From positions 1,350,001 to 1,382,000 of the forward strand of contig NC_014034.1 in the NCBI RefSeq assembly GCF_000021865.1: a DNA stretch of 32,000 nucleotides, in the 5' to 3' direction. Position numbers and translations under genes: made by a program. The notes beneath the pieces are model-generated. The model had not been told where the DNA came from. It was given only the letters and a program-made list of their open reading frames with translations, and ran no database searches. The DNA is from Rhodobacter capsulatus SB 1003. GTDB lineage: Bacteria; Pseudomonadota; Alphaproteobacteria; Rhodobacterales; Rhodobacteraceae. This document shows positions 26,201-32,000 of this stretch, piece after piece (position 1 is the stretch's first letter; every line of letters begins with the position of its first letter).

Positions 26201-26378
26201 TCACAAATCCGGCGCCTGTCCCTACCCCGAGGCGCGCTTTGCCGGCTATGCCTCGCAGCTGCAGGCTTATGCCGGTCTGGCCGAACGCGCCTTTGCCAAG
26301 CCGGTGCGGGGGCTTGCGGTGAACTGGATGAACGAGGGTGAGGTCTCGGTGCTCGATCTTCAGGAGGTCCCGGCCTGA
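23229..26378 (+). CDS. AddA-like UvrD/Rep-family helicase with C-terminal RecB-type nuclease, 1049 aa
   Basis: SF1 motifs appear in order: PAGAGAGKTT, AVTFTEAAAAELKARI, GTIHGLGQRLL, VVIDEFQDTNPVQ, LIVGDTKQAIMRFQGAD, HNYRSDPRI, TWHAAKGREWP, LYVALTRARDRLIL. C-terminal nuclease: RGSAWHLAF ... LLIVDHKSG ... YASQLQAYAGL. Confidence 0.8.
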   Translation: MTDLTLVPAGAGAGKTTRIQRTVAGWVSAGLVAPGRILAVTFTEAAAAELKARIRAQLIAQDQVAEALELERAYIGTIHGLGQRLLTEHAFGAGRAPVSRLLTEAERDLLIRLQMGGCGPLQEVMGDLARFGYAWNRQTGASAEDQFRADVLRTIDLLRGLGARGASPDVLAGALAALDAGYGPRAAEGAPLTDALRRAAQALLARFPEGIADQATSDAAIKAFRDDHARLRRAAETDALNSDWGLWQKLRTLRQSKRGAPTPEGYDALAQGVMEAAEALLIHPGPLTDARAHLAALIHGAQALMAGYDAAKRAGGLIDFADMITETEALLAARPEILAATLGEIDCVVIDEFQDTNPVQFSLLWRLARGAARALIVGDTKQAIMRFQGADPRLSGALHAACPEAVDPLDHNYRSDPRIMRFVNALGPVLFPEGYDALAPHRAETGVPALEALVLPKAKKDVSAPCIAAHVAALLHEGAQVSDRATGQLRAAQPSDVAVLCYTAAKAASVAKALRAEGFAVRIQADGWRAAPIIRVVRAALALVADPEDSHAALRYLTLGPARLPLQAALTLAIDGALATHAGLAPLLSLAEDAPHLTVAALLSKIIPAAGLRDWAATLEAPAQALADLARFEAEAQAFDALAADLKAAAGFHGASAQVFLGWLAAQTGRDVDRHPDAAGWSAPGIEICTWHAAKGREWPITVVAGLDYKFIARPNTLRAEFDGFDDLDAVLDHAGLGWLPDFAAPEKQAAFAEALVADDERDAARELYVALTRARDRLILALPTAPSKEKPRPERMVDLLRARSGLATTTDGTGLTICGESFPARVVMAADPDAGAEAAPDPQPVPRFGLARPHPGTPLRLWRTTPSGLIAPADAARPNLRLIALGAAVRRQRDGFDLATERGSAWHLAFRVAAERPERLAEVGPATGLAPDTVAQIAAQAAALRHWLLAEGFDRLHFELPLQEIAADGSEINAIVDLLAEGPQGLLIVDHKSGACPYPEARFAGYASQLQAYAGLAERAFAKPVRGLAVNWMNEGEVSVLDLQEVPA

Positions 26379-26579
26379 TCGTTGTGCGGGTACGAAACGC
26401 CGCCGCAGGCTGCCGTCTTGCCGATCCTGCGTGACTGCGCATCTTGTGCCTGATAAAAAAGGAAAATCCGCAGATTCGAGCGGCGCTTCGACCAATCCTC
26501 GTCGGCGGCCGGGTCCCCTGGTCCGGACGCCAGCATGAGTGCATTTTCCGCTGCATGAATAGAAAGCTGACCCGATATC

Positions 26580-28625
26580 ATGTCTTCGATTGCCGATCTT
26601 GTTCTTGACCATCTGGGCCAGCCTGTCGAAACGGCTGTCTTGTTTCTGGCCGGTTTGCTGAGATCCGAGGGCACGCCCGGGGTGGTGGTGGTCTTGCTCT
26701 TGGCGGCGATGCTGGGGTTCCTTGCCTTTGGAATTGGCCGGATGAGAGGCCAGGCGGTGCTCTTGCGTCGGTTCGCGGAGGTTTTGGACCAGGTTCCGGT
26801 CGAGGAGATTGCCCAAGGCGGGCTTGAACGCGTCGCGCCAGAACTTGGCCGGGTGGCTGCGGGCAACTCCGGCGCGACCTTGCGCGAAGCCTGGGACGAG
26901 TTCAGCGAGACGTTGATCATCGACGACCGCGCAGAACCGCCGGTCGTGCGCAACACCGCGCGCCCGGGGGTGTTCTTCAACATCGAGGATCTGGGCTATG
27001 GCCCGGGGTTCCTGCGCATCCTGCCGGGCATGTTCGTCTCGGTTGGCCTTGCGCTGACCTTTTTGGGCCTGATCGCCGCCCTGCATCAGATGTCGGATGG
27101 CCAGATCACCTCTGCCACGATGCAAAACCTGCTCAAGATCGCCTCGGCGAAGTTCATCATGTCGCTGACCGGTCTGGTTTGCTCGATCGTGCTGACCATT
27201 CAGCTGCGGATCAGCATGGGCGGTGTCGAGGCCGCGTTGCACCGGCTGGTGCGGCTTTTGGAAGAGCGGCTCAGCTTTGCCAGCCTCGAACAGATCGCGC
27301 TGGAACAGTTGCGTGCGCAAAGCAAGGCCGAGGAGGCAAACCGCAAGCTGGGCTGGGAACTGGTCGCCGAATTGGGCCGCCCCCTGCGCGAGGAGCTGCC
27401 GTTGGCGATTTCCACCTCGATCAGCGAAGCGATGCAGCCGATTTTGGACAAGGTCAGCGCGCAAGGCACTTCAAGCGTCAGCACGATGGCGCATGATCTT
27501 TCGCAGCAGGTGTCAAACGGGGTGGAGCGCGCGCTCACCGTGGCCAGCGACCGGATCGCGCAGGCGGGTGATCGGATCGCGCAACTGGCGGAACGGATGG
27601 ATCAATCCTCGGGCCGGATGGGCACCGAGATGGATCAGGCGGTGCAGCGGGTGGCGCAGGCTGTCGACGACTTGCGCGGTGCGATGAGCGCCACGGCGCA
27701 ATCCACCAGCGGGGCCTTTACCCAGGGCGCCGAGCAACTGCTTTCGGTGATGAACGCGACGCTGGAGGGTATTCGCCAGAACACCGGCGAAGGGGCGCGG
27801 GCGATGTCGGAGGCGGCGGCGGACATGCGCAGCGCCGCCAGTTCGATGCGGGAGGAGATGGAAGGGGCGGCGCGCAGCGGGGCCGAGGCAGCGCAGGCCC
27901 GGATGCAGGCGGCAGGGGTCGAAGCGGGCGCGGCCATCGACGGCGCCAGCCGTTCGGTGCTGGAGGCCTTTGCCTCGGCCAGTGGCAAGATCACCACACT
28001 GACAGACGAGATGTTCGTCAAGGCGGGGGCGGAACTCCTCTCGCCGATCTCGAATGCCGCCGAGCAGCTTGATGCGTTGGTGGGGGCACTGGAAGAAAGC
28101 GCAGCCAATGCCCGCCAGACCGCCGAGAGTTTGCGCGCGGGCGCACAAGCCGGGGCCGAGGCTGCGGGCACCTTCCGCGGCGCCTCGGCCGATCTGGTAG
28201 CCGCCGCCGGTCCGGTTCGCGCCACCACCGAGCGCATCGAGGGCGCGATCCGCACGCTGTCGGACAGCACGGCGCAGGTGGCCGGCACGGTGAGCCGCAG
28301 CGCCGAGGCCACGGCGACCTCGGCGCGCCAGACCCTTGAGGCCGCGCGCGAAACTCTCGGGGCGCAGCAGCGTTCGATCGAGGCGGCGTTGCAGGGGGTG
28401 GAATCGCTCGTGCGCCGGATGCAGGGGCAGGGTGAGCGGCTTGATACGCTGGACGAAAAGCTGGGCCGGGCCTTCGAGCTTTACGCCAATCAGACCGAGG
28501 GCGCGATGCAGTCGATCCGCGCGCATGTGGTCGACATGTCGAAGGGGCTCAATACGGCGCTGGCCACCCTGCAGACGATCGTCGATCAGCTGCAGGAGTT
28601 CCAGCCGCAGCAGGGGCGTAGGTGA
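26580..28625 (+). CDS. zorA: ZorA (MotA/ExbB-like membrane protein with long helical tail)
   Basis: N-terminal TM segments and a MotA-like block (FLRILPGMFVSVGLALTFLGLIAALHQM, KFIMSLTGLVCSIVLTI) are followed by about 400 aa of Ala/Glu/Gln-rich helical tail. It sits directly upstream of a MotB-like gene. Confidence 0.8.
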   Translation: MSSIADLVLDHLGQPVETAVLFLAGLLRSEGTPGVVVVLLLAAMLGFLAFGIGRMRGQAVLLRRFAEVLDQVPVEEIAQGGLERVAPELGRVAAGNSGATLREAWDEFSETLIIDDRAEPPVVRNTARPGVFFNIEDLGYGPGFLRILPGMFVSVGLALTFLGLIAALHQMSDGQITSATMQNLLKIASAKFIMSLTGLVCSIVLTIQLRISMGGVEAALHRLVRLLEERLSFASLEQIALEQLRAQSKAEEANRKLGWELVAELGRPLREELPLAISTSISEAMQPILDKVSAQGTSSVSTMAHDLSQQVSNGVERALTVASDRIAQAGDRIAQLAERMDQSSGRMGTEMDQAVQRVAQAVDDLRGAMSATAQSTSGAFTQGAEQLLSVMNATLEGIRQNTGEGARAMSEAAADMRSAASSMREEMEGAARSGAEAAQARMQAAGVEAGAAIDGASRSVLEAFASASGKITTLTDEMFVKAGAELLSPISNAAEQLDALVGALEESAANARQTAESLRAGAQAGAEAAGTFRGASADLVAAAGPVRATTERIEGAIRTLSDSTAQVAGTVSRSAEATATSARQTLEAARETLGAQQRSIEAALQGVESLVRRMQGQGERLDTLDEKLGRAFELYANQTEGAMQSIRAHVVDMSKGLNTALATLQTIVDQLQEFQPQQGRR

Positions 28626-29629
28626 TGCGCTTCGCGACCCGGCGCCGTCGCGAGGAGGAAGAGGCGGAATCGGCCTTCGTGTCGATGACCGACATGACCG
28701 TCAGCTTTCTCTTCATCGTGATGATCCTGCTTGCCTTTTTTGCCAGCCAATACAACGACAAGGAAGTTGTGCCGCGCCCCGTCCATGAAACCGTGGTGCA
28801 GGAGCGAGACTCGGCTAGGCAAGACGTCGAGCGGTTGTTGCTGTCGATTGCCCGGCTTCAGGCACAGATCGAAGACCTCAAGCAGACGGTCGCGACAAAA
28901 GATGCCCGCATCGCCGAACTTGAGCGTCAACTGGCTGAAGCGCTGGAAAAGCTGAAGCAGCGTGATCCGCTGGAGGCCTATAGCGCCCGCTCTACCAAGG
29001 CGCGCCATGAGATGATCGAGCGTCTGGCCAGCGCGGTGAAGGAAGATATTGCCCGCGAGAAGATCGAGGGGCTCGATGTCAGCGCGCAAGGCGATGCGCT
29101 GCGGTTTCAGGGTTCCGGGCTCTTTGCCTCGGGGCAGGGCGGGCTGAGCGGCAATTCGCTGCGGATCATCCGGCTTCTGGGGGCGCATCTCGAGGGGCAG
29201 CTGCCCTGTTTCACGGTCGGGCCGCGGGGGGCGATTGCCGCAAGCTGCAACCCGGATCTGGTGCTGATCGAGACGGTGCAGGTTGAAGGCCATACCGATG
29301 CCGATGCCTCGCAGGCGTCGAACCTTACCCTGTCGATGCTGCGCGCGACCTCGGCCTTCAACGCGATCGCGCCCGATGCGGCGCAGGACGACGCCCCGCC
29401 GATGCTGGCGTTCCAGAACCTGCTCGGTCAACCGGTTCTGGCCGTTGCGGGTTATGGCGAGATGCGCCCGATCGGCCCCAATGACAGCCCCGAGGGCAAG
29501 GCGGCCAATCGCCGGATCGACCTGCGCTTCATCATGTATGTGCCGCCGGGCCGCGATCTGATCCCGCAGACCGTGGCCGATATCGGCCGGATCTCGACCG
29601 AGTTGCAGCGCCGCCGGGGACAACCATGA
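28625..29629 (+). CDS. zorB: ZorB (MotB-like, OmpA-type peptidoglycan-binding domain)
   Basis: ATG 28625 overlaps the zorA stop (TGATG). TM segment with conserved Asp (SMTDMTVSFLFIVMILL), a coiled-coil linker (LQAQIEDLKQTVATKDARIAELERQLAEALEKL), and an OmpA-like domain (VEGHTDADAS...NLTLSMLRAT...GYGEMRPI...NRRIDLRF). Confidence 0.85.
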   Translation: MRFATRRRREEEEAESAFVSMTDMTVSFLFIVMILLAFFASQYNDKEVVPRPVHETVVQERDSARQDVERLLLSIARLQAQIEDLKQTVATKDARIAELERQLAEALEKLKQRDPLEAYSARSTKARHEMIERLASAVKEDIAREKIEGLDVSAQGDALRFQGSGLFASGQGGLSGNSLRIIRLLGAHLEGQLPCFTVGPRGAIAASCNPDLVLIETVQVEGHTDADASQASNLTLSMLRATSAFNAIAPDAAQDDAPPMLAFQNLLGQPVLAVAGYGEMRPIGPNDSPEGKAANRRIDLRFIMYVPPGRDLIPQTVADIGRISTELQRRRGQP

Positions 29630-30960
29630 CCGGGCAAAACGGAGGGATTTCGCTCTCGGAGGTATTGGCGTCGCGGCGCAGCCTGCACCTGCCGCCCGCG
29701 CCCTCGTTCGAGATCCTTGACCGGACGATCGAGCGGGTGATCGAACGCTTCGGGGCGCACGCGCAGATCGCCGAGAGGGATCCGGAGCGCTTGATCTCCG
29801 AGATGCTGGCCCGTATCCGGGCCTGGGACTGGCAAAAGGTGCCGATGAGACACGTTAACGCTGTCGGTCGGCTGGTATTTGCCGCCCCTTGGCGGGACCG
29901 CCCGGATTGCGACCCGATCCGAACCTTCCTGCTCGACGAGGTGGCGGTTTCCACCCGCTCGGGGTTCCTCAATCCGCTGGTGCAGACCTACATCACCACC
30001 TTCTCGACGCAATCGGCGGCCTGTCGGCGGCTGGGCCAGGCTTTGGCGCGGGCACGGGAGCGGTTGGGGGCGCAGTGGCGCGCGCTTCTGACCGAGGTGC
30101 CGGAGTTTTTCGATACGGACAGGGCGCCGCAAGCGTTGGCGCGCAAGATGATGCAGATGGAGGATATATGGCGGGGACTTCGCAAACTCGGGCTCCGTCA
30201 CTTCAATGAGCTGGGGCTGATGGACGCCGCGCATCTGGCTTATCTGGAACAGATCGGGCCGAAGCTGACCGACCGCGCCGAGATCGAGCGGCTTCTGGCC
30301 TGGCTGCGCCCCGCAGGTCAGCCGCCGCGCGCCACCGGCGCCGCCGAGGCGATCGCGGCGCTGCTCCGGCCTTGGGCCGGGAAAGCCGTTCCGGAGGATC
30401 TGCGCGCGTTGATCTGCGAACGGTTGATCGAGATCTACGGCGATCCGAGACCGGTTCCGAACGCCACATGGCTGGCCGTTGGCGAGGACAACCTTGCCCT
30501 GTTCCGGCGCTGGCTGACGAAAGCGGAACTGACCTTCTTTATCGGCGTCGTGAATGCAACCCAGAACAGCGACATGTGGCCTCCACGCCGTGATTTCTGG
30601 GAACTTCTCTATCGTCAGGGCCGCATTGCGGAGGCGTGGGTGGCCTTTCCCAAGCCGGCCCGGGATTACGCCCGGCGCAACCTTCAACTCTGGGGACAGG
30701 GGAACGACCGCAGGTTCGGTGAGCAGATCGCGGGCGGATCGCGCACGAATACCTCGCTTCTGATCATGCGGATCGGCGACAAGATCGTGGTGGACGGATG
30801 CCATTCCTACAAGACCCACATCTTCGATGCGAAGGATCCGCAGGCGCCGAAACTCTATCAACGCAAATATGACTGCGAGGACATTCGGTTGCGATCCCGC
30901 GTCTCGCGGGCGCACAACCCCATCCCGAACTGGTCCGACTGGGTCCTGAGGCATATCTGA
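29626..30960 (+). CDS. zorC: ZorC-like protein (EH-signature-type C-terminal domain)
   Basis: ATGA overlap with zorB. The C-terminal block RRDFWELLY...SLLIMRIGDKIVVDGCHSYKTHIF resembles the EH-signature domain of ZorC. The position in the operon fits type I Zorya. The domain call is from memory of the family, not a search. Confidence 0.65.
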   Translation: MTGQNGGISLSEVLASRRSLHLPPAPSFEILDRTIERVIERFGAHAQIAERDPERLISEMLARIRAWDWQKVPMRHVNAVGRLVFAAPWRDRPDCDPIRTFLLDEVAVSTRSGFLNPLVQTYITTFSTQSAACRRLGQALARARERLGAQWRALLTEVPEFFDTDRAPQALARKMMQMEDIWRGLRKLGLRHFNELGLMDAAHLAYLEQIGPKLTDRAEIERLLAWLRPAGQPPRATGAAEAIAALLRPWAGKAVPEDLRALICERLIEIYGDPRPVPNATWLAVGEDNLALFRRWLTKAELTFFIGVVNATQNSDMWPPRRDFWELLYRQGRIAEAWVAFPKPARDYARRNLQLWGQGNDRRFGEQIAGGSRTNTSLLIMRIGDKIVVDGCHSYKTHIFDAKDPQAPKLYQRKYDCEDIRLRSRVSRAHNPIPNWSDWVLRHI

Positions 30961-30962
30961 CG

Positions 30963-32000
30963 ATGAACCTGACCTTTTCCCATACCCCCGAGCAGATCAC
31001 CCTCACCGCCACGGCGTCCCGCGGCGGGCTTCTTAACCGGCTTCGCGCCCGCAAACCGGCCGATCTGACCCTGTTGCCGCCCGAGGAACGGCGCCTTGCC
31101 CTGGCGCTCGCCGATCTGCGGGCGCTGGCCGACGAACACCACGAGCCCTTGCAGATCGAAAGCGACGGCATTCGTCTTTCCCATCGTCTTGCCGCCGCGC
31201 TTGATGCCGATGCCGCCGAGGCGCTGGGCCTGCCGCCGCTGACCGATCTGGTCTTGCGCACCGATGTCGAGGGGATCGTCGGCGAAGCCGGGTTCCGGTT
31301 GCGGGCCGAGTGGATGCGCGCGGGGGTGCGCAAGCTGCCTCGCCGGGTGGGGGCGATCCTCGAGACCGATCGTGGGCCGCAGCGGATCCCGCTCTGGATG
31401 ATGGAGGCGCTCGATCTGGCCGAAAGTCATCGGTCCGGCGCGGGGGACGCCGCCGACTGGGAGGCGCTGGCGCGGTTTCGTCGCGCGCTCGATCCCGGTG
31501 TGGTGCAGGCAGGCAATGTCCGGGCAGCACGGCTGTCGCTGACCGATTTCCTGGCCGGGCTCGAGGTGTCGCTTGCGGATCGCTTCTCGATTTCGCCCAA
31601 CGCCTCGGGCAGCGATTTCGAGGTGGTGCCGTTTTCCGGCCAGCGCATCGCGGATCTCGAAACGGTGCCCGAGACCATGGCCGAGCTGTCCGGCCCGGAA
31701 CTTGGGGATTTTCAGCGCAAGCTGCGCATGCGGGGCGCGCTGAACGCCTTTCGGCTGGCGCCGGGGCGGTTTCTGGTGATCGACCGCGCCGCCGCCCCCG
31801 TGCTGGGGGTGATGGCCGAGATGCAGCGCGCCCCGCGCGAAGAGCGTGCGGCCTTCATCCGCAATCCGCGTCCGCGCCTCACCGCCGCGATCGAGGCAGC
31901 GCTTGAGGCGCGTGGCGATCTGGCCGGGCTCGATGATGCCGCGCGCGAAGACAGCATCGAACGCGCCGCCGGGCCGGTGCTGGTCGAAACCGCGGAATAC
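30963..32000 (+). CDS. zorD: ZorD-like protein, N-terminal 346 aa only (runs off the window)
   Basis: ATG 30963 lies 2 nt after the zorC stop. I translated the frame by hand: it stays open to nt 32000 with GC3-rich codons (MNLTFSHTPEQITL...GPVLVETAEY). It is absent from the ORF track because it has no stop. The identity is positional only; the helicase domain would lie beyond the window. Confidence 0.55.
   Translation, partial: MNLTFSHTPEQITLTATASRGGLLNRLRARKPADLTLLPPEERRLALALADLRALADEHHEPLQIESDGIRLSHRLAAALDADAAEALGLPPLTDLVLRTDVEGIVGEAGFRLRAEWMRAGVRKLPRRVGAILETDRGPQRIPLWMMEALDLAESHRSGAGDAADWEALARFRRALDPGVVQAGNVRAARLSLTDFLAGLEVSLADRFSISPNASGSDFEVVPFSGQRIADLETVPETMAELSGPELGDFQRKLRMRGALNAFRLAPGRFLVIDRAAAPVLGVMAEMQRAPREERAAFIRNPRPRLTAAIEAALEARGDLAGLDDAAREDSIERAAGPVLVETAEY

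Overview
GC-rich accessory region that reads as a dense defence island next to a MobC/relaxase mobilization module. Left to right:

1. A type III CRISPR-Cas locus.
   - The effector is unusually fused: a Cas10-like GGDD protein, a two-RAMP fusion and a three-RAMP fusion, all start/stop-coupled.
   - cas2 is convergent with the effector genes.
   - Two small CRISPR arrays (37-nt repeat ending ATTGAGAC) carry duplicated leaders.
   - An RT-Cas1 fusion gene between the arrays is broken by a 1-nt frameshift in a homopolymer.
   - A cas6 gene follows.
2. A convergent NYN-RNase-like / DEDDh-exonuclease gene pair.
3. A small membrane protein, then an orf-mobC-relaxase operon with a candidate oriT.
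4. A WYL-domain regulator divergent from mcrBC. The McrB has a ~185-aa insertion inside the AAA+ GTPase core.
5. An orphan 240-aa protein and an accessory AddB-like/AddA-like helicase-nuclease pair behind a near-consensus promoter.
6. A type I Zorya operon (zorABCD); zorD runs off the right edge.

Best candidates for something new are the compacted type III effector, the island-borne AddAB-like module with its orphan neighbour, the NYN/DEDDh pair beside the RT-Cas1 adaptation module, and the inserted domain in McrB.

All calls rest on reading motifs in the supplied translations and the raw sequence. No database search was run. The many long opposite-strand ORFs are treated as high-GC shadow ORFs.
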